Assembly (NCBI GenBank): GCA_905178155.1
Contig: CAJINV010000001.1
Coordinates: forward strand, 11,825,832 to 11,889,831
Origin: Amoebophrya sp. A120
Lineage: Eukaryota > Protista > Dinoflagellata
Direction: 5' to 3'
DNA: 64,000 bases
Translations under genes and position numbers: made by a program
In this document: one piece after another, positions 1-13,865 of the stretch
How the letters are laid out: each line of letters begins with the position of its first letter
Position numbering within the stretch: the first letter of the stretch is position 1
Notes under the pieces: model-generated
The model's input: only the letters and a program-made list of their open reading frames with translations
Told to the model about the DNA's origin: nothing
The model's database searches: none

Positions 1-673
1 ATAGTCACGATACCCTGTCTCTGCCCTATCGTATTCCCGCATGTATTATGGATTGCAAAAATGCCTGGGTCTGGAAATTTGTAATGCTAAAAGTGAATGA
101 TAGACACACTGCAATACGCAGCTATGCATGAGAAATTTTTTGGCTGCCATGTCTTACGTATTCCGCATGGCAAGCTGCGTTTTTGCATGACAGGTAGGAG
201 GGCCTTTTCGTCCCCATGCAACACAGATTCTCGAGTCATGCCAGACAAGCATGACAAACTTGCATCCTTCCAGACCCAGACATTTTTACATTTCATATGT
301 ATTCGAGCACTTCCGCTTTTTTTGTGTTCTCGAACCCCAGTGCTCGCATGGCTACCTTCAGCTCGTGGTAGTCAATTTTTCCCGTCTTCTCGCTGTCGAA
401 AAGGTCGAAGGCTTCTCTTATCTCCTGCTTCTGCTCGTCGGAAATTTCAGGTCTGGCCACACGCCTGAACAGTAGAAATTTGTTGCATTGATTTGAGTTG
501 AAACTCTTGATCTTAATCAGATTTTCTGTGGATTTCGAGAAAGGAGAAGGACGCCAGCTTGCTGCATACTAATAATCATTCTACCCGGTGCCTCCGGGTC
601 GTGACCTGAACCTGCTCGTGGTTGCGTTTCCAAATCGCAAAAGCGATGTCCCGCCTTCCATCCGTCGCGACAT
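1..673 (-). CDS. CEN3: Centrin (centrin-3/Cdc31-like EF-hand protein), runs off the window start
   Basis: Not in the ORF track. Exon 673-585 (MSRRMEGG...), GT-AG intron 584-465, exon 464-298, TIR intron, then exon 41-1. Spliced peptide [61 protein letters not shown] matches the centrin-3 first EF-hand region. Confidence 0.92.
47..297. mobile_element. TIR non-canonical intron (introner/MITE), family A
   Basis: TIR TATGGATTGCAAAAATGCCTGGGTCTGGAA...TTCCAGACCCAGACATTTTTACATTTCATA. 5-bp TSD TGTAT at 42-46 and 298-302. Removal restores centrin ...EVLEY-M-REYD. Confidence 0.95.
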
Positions 674-1232
674 GATTTTTGGATTTCTAGTCTGGCACTA
701 CTTTCGACCGAACAAAACTGAATTAAACGAATTCAATCGCTGTTTTGAATAGCTTTCTTGAATAGACGAAAAATGCTCGAGCCTATCGCAAAGGCAACCT
801 AAGTCGAAAAAAAGGTCGGACTGATTTGCGCGCTCGAAACCGTGCGGAGAAAAAAAGGAAAACACACCTTTGCAGCTGCTGTCCAGCTTTCTCACACGCA
901 TTTGCAAATTTGTCATACTGTGTCACAGCTCTCCTCTGATGTTTACACGAAGCAACAAAATTGCAGTGGCAAAGTGTACAACGAACACATGGAAACTTGT
1001 TCTGCGGAGAGAACACGAAGATGGCAGAACTTCAGCTGCACAGTTCAGAAAACAAGAGGCCGCGCAGTGGCAGCGGACCCTGACCAGCTTGCACTGACAG
1101 ACTGCGACTCCGATTCTTACATAAAACACAACGAGCGCGCTTCTGCATACTTCAAATCTTCTTCTGGTAGTGGGATAAAGGTCAGCGATACACGGGACGC
1201 AGGCGAATGATGCTCCGCTGCCCTATCTTGTG

Positions 1233-2354
1233 TTACGCCCACGAGACCTCAAACCTTGAAAGGTCCTCCCCATCCTGCGTGAATTTCAGGCCCCTGGATT
1301 CGAAGAAGCGCCGCACCAGGGGCATCACATTCGCGTACTTTGCTTCCGGTCCGGGCAGACGGACAAACGCACTCCCTCCATCAATTTCCTTTTGCCGCTG
1401 CTCTGCCCAAGCCTCACTCTCCATCACTGCGTCCTCATATTCGGACGGCCACATCGTTTTGCCTTCGATGGAGTAGATTCTGTCTCCGAGCCCGATTTCA
1501 AAACGGGTGTTGCCTGGGAATCGGACCCTATCCGGGTCCCGGATCCAGAAAACCTGACCCGGGGCTGTCGTTGTCCCTGCTTCCACGTGAACAACCGAAT
1601 CGAATATGTTGGTTACCGCACTATGAAGCAGGTTTTCCACATCTTCCGCACGTTTTCTCATTGCGATCTCAGAAAATAACTGCGAGTTGAGCATGACTGC
1701 GTTGACCGGGTCCGGAACGAACTCTTTAATCTTAAGAAAAAGCTCGACCGGGAGATGTGCAGGCGAAACCCGGCCGCTTTGCCTCCGCACGACGCCCATC
1801 CACACACGCAGTTGCTCTTGCAACACCGATTTGCTCAAACTCTCGCTTGTTGTGACGATGCACTCGTCATTTGCTTTTGAAAACGCTGCCCTCACACGAG
1901 GTCCACCCTGCCAAAATTCGGCCGTTCTACCAGGCGTTTGCGAGGACGCCGCACCATCCTTCGACTTTTTATGGTCCGGATTGGCCAGCCACACGAGAGC
2001 GTCTTGGGATGCGGGTGGGTTAGAGCAAAACCAACCAGCTCCCGCAGCGATGCGGCAATTGCGATGCCAATCATAGATATTCCATAAACCTCTTCCTTCA
2101 TCCGCTGCGCTTTTGCATTCCTTTAGAAGGGCAGCAGTGGAGGCTGAATTCGCCTTGGTTGCTTTTTTGTAAGATTCTGTGTTGACACTCCGCTTTCGCT
2201 GCTGTTGCTCCATGAATCTCAAATAGCTGCTCTCCATCCAGCTGATATAGTCCTCTGAATGAATTGGACACGGTTCGCCTCCTGGCTGCATCGACATTTT
2301 GTACAACTTGCGAAGAGAGATTGGATTATTTGCCTCCAGTGCAAAAAGAAGCAC
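1233..2354 (-). CDS. Hypothetical protein (~370 aa; F-box-like 'HLPVELFLKIKEFV' segment); true start uncertain
   Basis: Long ORF with normal amino-acid composition, same strand as its neighbours. Confidence 0.6.
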   Translation of the reverse strand: MLLFALEANNPISLRKLYKMSMQPGGEPCPIHSEDYISWMESSYLRFMEQQQRKRSVNTESYKKATKANSASTAALLKECKSAADEGRGLWNIYDWHRNCRIAAGAGWFCSNPPASQDALVWLANPDHKKSKDGAASSQTPGRTAEFWQGGPRVRAAFSKANDECIVTTSESLSKSVLQEQLRVWMGVVRRQSGRVSPAHLPVELFLKIKEFVPDPVNAVMLNSQLFSEIAMRKRAEDVENLLHSAVTNIFDSVVHVEAGTTTAPGQVFWIRDPDRVRFPGNTRFEIGLGDRIYSIEGKTMWPSEYEDAVMESEAWAEQRQKEIDGGSAFVRLPGPEAKYANVMPLVRRFFESRGLKFTQDGEDLSRFEVSWA

Positions 2355-3016
2355 ATGAAAGTGTCAAAACTGCGACTTCAAGGACCGCTAGCATAAGCAA
2401 CAGGAGAGGATGAATCACAGAAGTTTTCGAAATGTAAACAGTACAGATGTAGTTTGAAGCACAACAGGACTTTTTGAAATGCAGAGAATTCTTTCGCGTG
2501 ATCTGGATCTGTGTACGAATATCACGATGCATTGATGTAACGAGCCAGATGGAGCCTATGAAAGACCTTCGTCGCTTTTTTGATCGGCCCCAGGAAGAAA
2601 ACAATCACTGGGCAAAGACCTCTTTTTCAACTAATATCCCGTGAGTGAGATCGGAAATTGCTCATGCTCACACCAGGCAATCTCGCGTGGTGCAGTACTA
2701 GGGAAGACTCGCAAGTACGCTTACGAAGCATTGCCTTGCCCGGATGAACACAGAACAGTTCCGCAAGCTAAATTTTCAACCACAATCACCCACTTTTGTC
2801 CATGCCTGCGATACTTCTTCATTTTATGCGATTCTCATGGCGTTTGGATGCGTTGTATCTGCGTATACGTGTGGTTCCGATGTGGTATCTGCGTATACGT
2901 GATGATGAACTTCAGGTTGTGTGTGTGCTCAACTAAGTTGCAGTGGCAACCTTTCGTCGCTACTCCGCTTCAACACTCAAGTCGGCAAATCCGGGCGACG
3001 CGTCCTGCGACGCCGT

Positions 3017-5282
<2,266 letters not shown>

Positions 5283-5931
5283 GGTGGGCGTGATTGTGAA
5301 TCGGCACTTCTGATGGAAGATGGATAAAAAAGTGTGTTTCGGTAGGAAGTGATTACAAAAAGGGTTTTTGTAATTGTGTAGAAATGGTCGCGTTCGTGAA
5401 TAAACTTGGCGGACACAGCAAGATGTCGTGTGTGCCACAAAAATGATTGCGAAACTATATGTGGTCGTGAAAATTACTACTGAATGTGAAACTGCGCTAC
5501 AACTGGAGCGGCCTGATGTGATACAGGATAGCGATAAATTACATTCTGTATTCGTCGGCGGCAGATGAGATCCAAGCAAGGAAATAGCTCATGGATCTGC
5601 ACTTCGAGGATCGAGATCTTGCCCAGCTGGCTTGCAAAGAAACCTGGAACCTACGATCCTTCTTTCGAAACTAAAACTGCTGGTTTTCATATCTATCGGT
5701 CGCAATGCAGATCGCGTCACTTGCGAACGGCTAGTGAAGTTCTTTCTAGAAGTAAAAGTAAAACAAAGTCGATCTCGTGCTGGATCTGTAAAAAAATACG
5801 AGTCAACATCTGCGAAGATCTGAAGCGAGACGCGGCTCTGGAACTAAATCAGAACAGATCGGGGCGGTCTCTTTTCAAATTATGTCATAGAAGTTGTGAC
5901 ACGATGCGAATGGCAGCATGCTAAGCGTAGG

Positions 5932-8165
5932 CTAGAGTTCGTTCTTCCCTAGCTTCTCCTCTTCCTCTGTTTCCGCGCTAACCCAATAGCGATTTTCGCA
6001 TATTATGTCTTCGATGAAGCCCATTCCTTTCAGCCGCAGCCTGTCCTTTCTCACATACTGAGCCGCGAAGGCTTCGAAGCTCATGCTCTCCCACGTGGGA
6101 AGCTTTAACGAAAAGCACTCGAACCCGTAGTGCGCCACGAAATGGAGTAAATCGACGTGGTCCGTCCCGGTATTTGCGAGCATCGCCGGCTTATCAAGTG
6201 CAAAAATGTCTGGGTCTGGAAGAGTGCATGTTTGTCATGCTTGTCTGGCATGACTCTCCAATCTGTCATGCACGTTACCCAAGAGCTCCATTTTTCTGTG
6301 ATGCAGAAACGCAGTTTGTCATGCAGAATAGGCAACACCTAGAAGCTCAGAAACTTGTCATGCTGAGCCAGCATTTGTGGCCTCATCATGAGACGCCACC
6401 CAGCATCACAAGTTTCCAGACCCAGACATTTTTACATTTGGTACGGCTGGTACTCGAAAACCAGGTAGTGGACCATCGTGTGCTGCAACAATCTCTCCGC
6501 CCCTTTGAGCACGTAGAGCTCCGCGCCTTCCGTGTCGATTTTCAGCAAATCAATTTTCTTCAACTCTGCGGGAAAGTGCCTCGCGTTGGTAGCTGCCGTT
6601 GCGTCTGAAAGTCCGAAAAGATCGTCCAGCGTGACCACGGCAACCTCCTCCTCTTCCATATCTGGCGGCCCATCGAGGTACCCCATCAAGGCTAGACTCG
6701 TGTAGTCGTAGCGGGACAGTACCTTCTGTGCCCTTGCCGCGGCACCAAGCGCTGCCCCGATGAGATGGAAGAAGCCCGGTTGCGGGGTTGCATTTTTTTC
6801 AGCTGCATGATCCGCTTTCGTGTCTCCTTTGTCATTGTCATTGTCTTTCCCCTCCAGTCGCTCCCGCTCCTCGAGAATATGCTGTTCATTCATGGCTTTG
6901 ACGTGTGCAATCTCATCAAGTGTGAGCACAGGCCGGCCTTGCAAGTGAGCCGCGAGTTGAGCGGTGGTTGTCACTACTCCGCTACTCGACGCTGCGTCGG
7001 TTTTGTTCACAAATTCTTTTTCCGGCAATAATTTCCCCGGAACGACCGGAACCGGGCCTTCCACGTTCTCTTTCCTCCAGTACGGAAAGTTTTTGCGCAT
7101 CAGATTTCTGTTTCGCTTTACCATCTCGAAGCCAACACCGATGCAACCAAGTTCGACGATGGCCTTGGCCCAGTCGCCTCCGTCAAAAACACCGACGTCA
7201 AAGACGACTTTTCTCCTGGTTGGCTTGGCGGCATCACTGTCAACAAACGCCGGCTCGGATATTCTGCGCAGCAAGTCCAGCGAGCCCTGCAATCCGAAGT
7301 TGCTGTGCACCATCCCGAGCATCGGGGAAATTCTTGTGTTCGGGATGTGTTCGATAAAAGTAGTGTTCTCACTCTCATGTAGCTCCGCCGCTGCATCTAC
7401 TTTCACCGAGCTACTTCTTCCGCCGTGATTCCAGCGGTTTTTCTTCACTTTCACGAAGTACGGGAACCGGGGCTTTGCGTCGACGGAGATCACGTTGTCC
7501 TCTACATCGTAAGTCCCTATCACTTGTTCCACCTGCCCAAAAAGTGGCCAGGACAGCAGGTCCGGCTGCCGGAGCGCGAGCGGATTCAGCTCCCGCGCGA
7601 AATCCTTCGCTAGGGTTTTAAACGACGCGGAGTGCTGGGGGTGGTGAAGAGAGAGATAGATCAGAAAGGACAGAAAGCCTTCCCGGCACTCCTTAAAATG
7701 CTCACGGAAGTAGGCGAAAAGACTTTGCGGCTTGTTTTGATCTTCTACTTGGGCAGCTCTCGTCCCGGCTTCGGCTTTTTCATCTTCTGGGTGACTTCCT
7801 CCGGCCTCGTAAGTAGGTGGGAGCTCTTGCGGATCGATGATCTCTCCGTCGATTGTAAGGACTTTGTTCGTGAGCTCGACAAAATCGGGACTCGCACCCA
7901 TTTCCGCCGGATAGGGGGCAGAGGCCTGCAGAACACGCTGAAGACTGGTCCACGGTTCGTCGGCGCAAGTCTTCGTTGGCGGGGGCGACATGTCCACTGC
8001 AAGCTCGGCGCTGGCATGGTCTCCGCCGAGGAGCACCAAGCACGACAAAAGCAACGACGCAGGGAGGTGGGACGTCATTTTGTCTTTTACGGCTCTTTTC
8101 CTCCGGCGCGGCCTATTATTTCTGGATGTCCTGAAGATCTTCTTCGTCAAGTTCAGCATTTTCAC
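5932..8165 (-). CDS. FkbM-family (Methyltransf_21) SAM-dependent methyltransferase, probably secreted or signal-anchored (start may be M of MTSHLP)
   Basis: VVFDVGVFDGG and IDLLKIDTEGAELYVLKGA motifs. ORFs 6432-8165 and 5932-6183 join in frame (FEYQP|AMLANT) once the TIR element is removed. Confidence 0.85.
6192..6443. mobile_element. TIR non-canonical intron, family A
   Basis: TIR TATCAAGTGCAAAAATGTCTGGGTCTGGAA...TTCCAGACCCAGACATTTTTACATTTGGTA. TSD CGGCT at 6187-6191 and 6444-6448. Confidence 0.95.
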
Positions 8166-9266
8166 ACTCCGATGCTGTAGCTCGATGCAAGTGGAAAGCG
8201 AAAAATCTGGTTTGTCTCAACACCAGGAGGATCCATATGAGAAAGTACTCAACCCTTGGAAATTATGACGAAGTCCGAAATAACAAACCAACCAGACAGA
8301 AGAAAATTGGCACCAGAATCGAAAAAGTGCAAAATTTTTGTGGCACTGGTCGAGTCTAGCAGACGAACACGATGCGGCAATGCTTTGAATCGACATCAGG
8401 AACAAATAGAAAAACGCAAGGCAATTTGTTGTTTATGAAGAAGACAGTTCTGATTATGATCTGGTAATTGTAATTTCGGTGCGACAAACAGCCCAATATA
8501 ACCTTGATCAAAAACGAAGCACATTTGCAAGAAGAAATGTCCGCCTGAGATGACTCTGTAGCCTTAGCGGCCTCTCTTACGTGCTGCACCGCTGCAATGA
8601 CCACTAAGCAAGAGGAGACGAAACCAAGTGAGCATGAAACAGGAGGAAATTCGACTGTACTGGAGTCTTCGTAAAAATTCATAGTTCAACTAATCTCCTT
8701 TTGATGTGTACCCAAGGACGGGGACATCAAGGTTTACGCTTTTGCTCTCTGTAGTAATCGGTGAAATACTTTTTTTTTGTATTTGTTGGTACGGCCTTAT
8801 ATGTACGATAACTTTTTTTTGCACTGGAAGTAGTGGTCTACCCGTCCTGCTGCACAAACGGGTTTTATTTTTCCCGTTGCAATATATCAACGAACCTGCT
8901 TTATTAGAGTCCCACATACGCATGGGGGCGACATATTTATTTCCCGATGGCGTTAAGGGCTTACAGGTGCAAGCAAGGAGGCGCCTTCGCTAAATGAAAA
9001 AAATATGATCAGATTTCGAGTTTCCATTCGTCGAAGAAGTGGACAAAAAACAAGAATGCGCCTCCTCGATTCAGAGACGAGGATAGAAGCTTTTCTGTGG
9101 ATAGGAAAAGTTCCGAAAGCGAATTAAAATTTCACGACTCGATGTACGAATGAACACGCTGTGAGTACATCGCGCTACTGTGTGTAAGTAAAGAACGACG
9201 CTCCAGCCCCGAACATGCGTCGGTAGGCTGATTGTCAATTCAAGTAGTTTCCTACTGTCTATCGAA

Positions 9267-12200
9267 TTAGGCCGTAACAGGGCGTTGCCACTGAGAAGCG
9301 TTACCGGACAGGTCGTCGTCGTCCTCGGGAATGTAAGAAGAAGTCCAAGAGTTGTCAATGGAGCGCAGCGACGGCTCCGAGAAGAGCCTGGGGGTCGCGT
9401 CGCTCCCGCGGGTAGCCCGTTGCGAACCGGCTTGCCAGGACACTTCGGAACTGTGGTACGACGTCAGGGGGTCCTCTCGGTGCCTGGTCGCGTCGGAGTT
9501 GGACGTGCGAAACGCGTAGTCGCTCCTGCTTGACAACTGGTCACTTCTGTTGTACATGTCGTATAACGCAGGAGGATTAGAACCACGCCGCGTCGCATTC
9601 CCAACCTCGTGGAGAAACGTCGGCCAGGCGAGCGCATCATCCGCCTGGCCCGCCGCGTGGTGCTCGTCCCTGACTAGCTGTACATGCGTTCCTGAGGGAG
9701 CGGGGCTAGCCATCCCGAGTCCTAGCACCCCGAGCGTCGTATCATCTACCGAAGAATGCGCGTCGTCGTGTCGCTCGAGGAAGTGGTGGTGCCCGATTGT
9801 GGCCCCCACGGAAGACGGGCAGCGGGAGAAAGGGCGGGCTACGGGGTAGCCTGCTGCGGTTTTGGCTTGCACGCTTTGCTGACCACCGGCAGGGTCGACG
9901 TTACAGATCATGCCATTCCGACCTTGCATCGACCCGCCCTCCAGCGCTTCGTCCTGCGCAGGTACCGGTCGATTTCCCGGAGAGTGGTCCGGTGACTCCC
10001 TACTCTCCGGCCGCAAGACGTATCGGGGTAAAAATCGCCTATCCTCGGGACGCAGATGCAGCAGGCCAGCATTGTCGCGAGCACCCGAATTCAAAACCGC
10101 AACGTTACTGCAGCGCGACGTGAGCTCGCTGCTGTCGCGGCTCCGCGAAGTTTCCGCAGACAGGCGCTCGCCTTCTTCGCCGGCCTCCGCCCCGCTTCCT
10201 CGACTCGTCTGCTCCGGCGCTGCTCTTGGCATGTTACTGGAGTCCACTTCGAGCACATCCACAGCTTGGTCTGGAGCGTACTTGTACCGCTCCACACCCT
10301 CCCCCCACACCATGGCGCGGATGCGGTGGAGTTCTGGTCGGTCGATGACTCGACTGCTTTCCTATGAGAGTGCACAACTCCCCCTCCCCCTCATTTGTAT
10401 AGCATGAACGGCAATACAAGCATCAGCAAGAATGCCGGTTTTGCATGACAAATCTACACTGGATTGTAGTGCTATTTGGGCTACGAGAGCTTGTCATGCA
10501 AACAGTGCCAAGAGGCAAAGGGTGTACTTGCCATTTTGCATGACAAATGAGTGGGAGGGGGAGTTGTGCACTGTCATATTTCCCCCGATGACGACCTTGC
10601 GTTGCTCACGGAGGCTTGTTCGTCCCAACCTTGATTCGCAGCGACGGAGCTGCTCGGGGAGGCATTCCGCCAAAATGCATCCAGGCACGCACGGGGACTT
10701 TGTCGCGGCGCTGCGCTGTGCGTGGAAAGTTCGCCAGTGTGCGGTTTCTCTACAACTACTCCCTCAATCGCTGAACGCCGCTCCGACGGGTCCACTTCCC
10801 CGGTGAGTACTATCGCGTTGATGGCGTGCATCAGCGCCTCCTCCGCAGCGCTGTCGCTCCGCAGCTTCCAGGACGCACGCGGCCCGGAACCCGCATTGCT
10901 GCAGGGACTTGGTCCGGAGTGGAGAGGCGGCTGCACCGGATCCATTGACAATTGCTGCACGGTGCTGACTGACGCAGTAGATGTTGGACGATCTGATGTG
11001 AAGTTACAGAAAGCGGTTCATGCTGACATGGATCAGAGAGGACAACATCTGGCAACAGAACTTTAAGGATCGGATACGCTAGTAAATGAATCGGGCAGAG
11101 ACTGATGAATGAAATGACCGCTACCATCAAATGCTGACACCTCACCCCAACATTTCGGCTCACGACATATTCTTAGTGATTACCTGAAAAAGCGGACACA
11201 GCCGTGTTATTTCCACCAGCACAAGTTTCCTGACCAGCCGTCTCCTCCGGTGCAACGGACCAACTGTGTGCGCTTCTGGTGGGGAGGCAGTTAAGGAGGG
11301 CCCGGATTACGAACACGTAGCAGCACTCTCTGCAGCCGAACCGCTGGCACTGGTTCCTTATCTCAGTCCCTGCTAACGACTCTAGCGCCAGTCCGTCGGG
11401 TGTGGGTTCCTGAAGGGCAGATCGACCCATCTGCGCCGCGTGATGATCCGTGAGTTCTTCAGGAGGATACAACCTTTTTCCTGCTCCCCTGTGTTCTTCA
11501 CAGGATTTCGCTTCTGACGCTGCGGCAATTCGGCTGTTGCCAATAACGGTTGCGCCGACCGAGCAAGACGGCTGTAGGTGCTCCGCAGGGACGTTGGTGT
11601 CCTCCTCCTCGACGTCGTCCCATGGCAGTTTATTTCTTCTAACTTCGCCTGCGAGAAATCCTAATCCCCCTGCGCGAACCGTCGCGGGTCGCCGTGCTCC
11701 GGCGATTGGCGCCGGGCCTTGCTTCGTCGACTTCGGCGAAGCGCAAGGGGACGGCGCGCAACTTGACGTTCCACCTTCAGATAGTTCTTGCTGGTGTTCC
11801 TGCTGCACTCCCCCGTCGTCAGAGGACCTAAGCGACAGCAGTGGTAGGTTGCTCAAAGACGGCCCGTGCGGCCAGTTGGCCACGCGGGAAGACGGGGTCG
11901 CGGGGGATGTTGACCCGCATGTCGTGGTGAGTTGACTATTACTGTGGGATGCAAACCGTCCCCGGTCAACCGGACTTTTTGGAGCTACACGGTGCCCTTG
12001 AATCCTCCGTCGCGGGGAGCGTAGACCGCCCCGCGCGGAAGAGGCGGCGGGAGTGTTCGTGTCACCGTCGCTTGTGTCCGAGTCCTCGCTGGACGGCGAC
12101 CGAAAGCGCCGGACAAAATCCACTTGCCCGTATCTCGTCAAAGCTGTTTGCGCCACCGCGGCCGAGAGTGCAAGTGGCGGAACGACTGAGGACGAAGAAG

Positions 12201-12960
12201 AGGAAGCAGACGGCTCGTTCCGCGGCTGCGCTTGACGCCCTCTCGTACTTTCGATTGTCGTGTGCGGCAACGTGTGAAAGGCAGAAGCGTCGATCCTCTG
12301 TTGCTGCTCCTGCGTCTCCGGGCTCGCCGCACTCACAGGATGCTGTGTGTGCGGCGGCACGTGCAGCAGTGGAGGTAATTGTACCTGGCATGAAGCCGGC
12401 TTGCAAGAAGAATGCTGCAGCTGCACGGACGACGCTGGTATGGACTGCGACGGGTCGAAACGGTTTCGAAGCGTGGGACCGCTGAGATTCGTATACATCA
12501 GCGACGAGTTGTCTTGTGCATCTTTTATTTGCGCGGACTTGTTGTCTCTCTGCACACTGGGGGGAGCGGTGTACTGGCGCGTTGCGCGTTCCTCCGTTGC
12601 GCTCCAAATGTCCTCATCATCTGACCAGTACAGGCGGCGGTCTGCATCAGTTACAAAGCGTGCGGAGAGTGGCGTATTGTTGCGTTCGTCTGCTGTCCGC
12701 TGCAAACCCGTCACTTTGTCGGGCTTTAGAGATGCTTCGGTAAACTGCTGCTCTTTTCCACTTTCTGCGATTTTTGCATCGGATTCCACATCATGCCGCC
12801 CGAACGTCGTTGGGCCAACGACAGAGGTTCTTGAAATGAAAGACGCGCGTGCCGCAAAAGCAGTCGCTTCCAAGTGCGGCGCCGAAAAGTTGCTAAGGGC
12901 CAGCTGGAGGGTCACCAGAAGGGTAACAGAGACGCTTTTGGTTCTATTCCATCTCGACAT
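9267..12960 (-). CDS. Hypothetical low-complexity Ser/Ala/Pro-rich protein with N-terminal signal peptide (~1,090 aa)
   Basis: ORF 12960-11184, a GT-AG intron (11183-10993), ORF to 10579, a TIR intron, then ORF to 9267. All junctions keep frame (SSGE-S-SRVIDRP...MVWGEG). Confidence 0.65.
10363..10578. mobile_element. TIR non-canonical intron, family B
   Basis: 36-bp TIR TATGA[G/C]AGTGCACAACTCCCCCTCCC[C/A]CTCATTTGT. TSD TTTCC at 10358-10362 and 10579-10583. Confidence 0.93.
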
Positions 12961-13865
12961 GGTCGGAATAGTGAAGACTGATAGCGTGGGTCAAACGTAA
13001 AAAAAAATATCAATAAAAATCAAAGCGCTCACACGAAGTGAAACGGTATTCCGAAACACCCAAAAAGGGAACGTGTCGGTACGTAAATTGGCTGAGACTT
13101 GTTCGTTTACGTAATGAAGGATCGTGTCTACTTATAAATATTTTTTCAAATTAATGGCGGCTTCCAGTTTCAAAGGTAATAGGGCTTTCTCATTGATGAT
13201 TCTCCTACTTAAGATTCATCGCTGTTGTTTTCGAGACAGAAACAAACATTGTACTTGCAGAAAAAAAACACAACTGCTACTATTACGAACTTTGGGAGAT
13301 TGAAGGTACATCTTTATTTGCAGATATCATGCTCATCGAGACACAGTAGGCGATGAACAAGGGTATCATCACAAGCATTGACGAATGATCTTTCTTTTCT
13401 TCTTGATATAGCAGTTAGCTAGATCTTCTTCTCTTGCTGTGCCACACTGCACGTGCGTCAGTAGACTACTACGAACAATGCTACTGCATACTTGCGAAGA
13501 AAAGTCCGCGTGGTCCGGGTACTGTGCCAGATCCCCTTCAAATCGACGCGTTGCTCCTACCTTCCACGCCCAAAAAAACACTAAAATGTTCTAAATCCCT
13601 TGGAGATGACAAGATTCCACCATCTGCAAGTTTTGCGTAAAGTTAGTTAATCTTAAACCAAACTGGTGCGTCGCAATTCGATGTGAGAAAAGGTTACGTT
13701 ATCTGCTTAGCATATTTTCACGTTTTCGGTTCAAAAAAATATAGATATTCGTGGGCAAAACCAAAAGAGTAGGTACTACCAAATAGGCTTGACCTCCCAA
13801 GCCTCCTAACTGCAAACCACTTTAAAAATAATCACAGCGCCCGACCACACGTCCTCTTCCGCTCG

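Noticed and set aside
87-296. Recurring small ORFs 'KCKNVWVWK...' and 'FQTQTFLH' (also at 6157, 15845, 63613 and others) that look like a gene family
   Set aside because: They are translations of the family-A TIR; too short for a transposase and with no catalytic motifs.
2855-2901. Two copies of GTATCTGCGTATACGTG 30 bp apart
   Set aside because: A simple two-unit slippage duplication downstream of the ProRS stop codon with no further structure.
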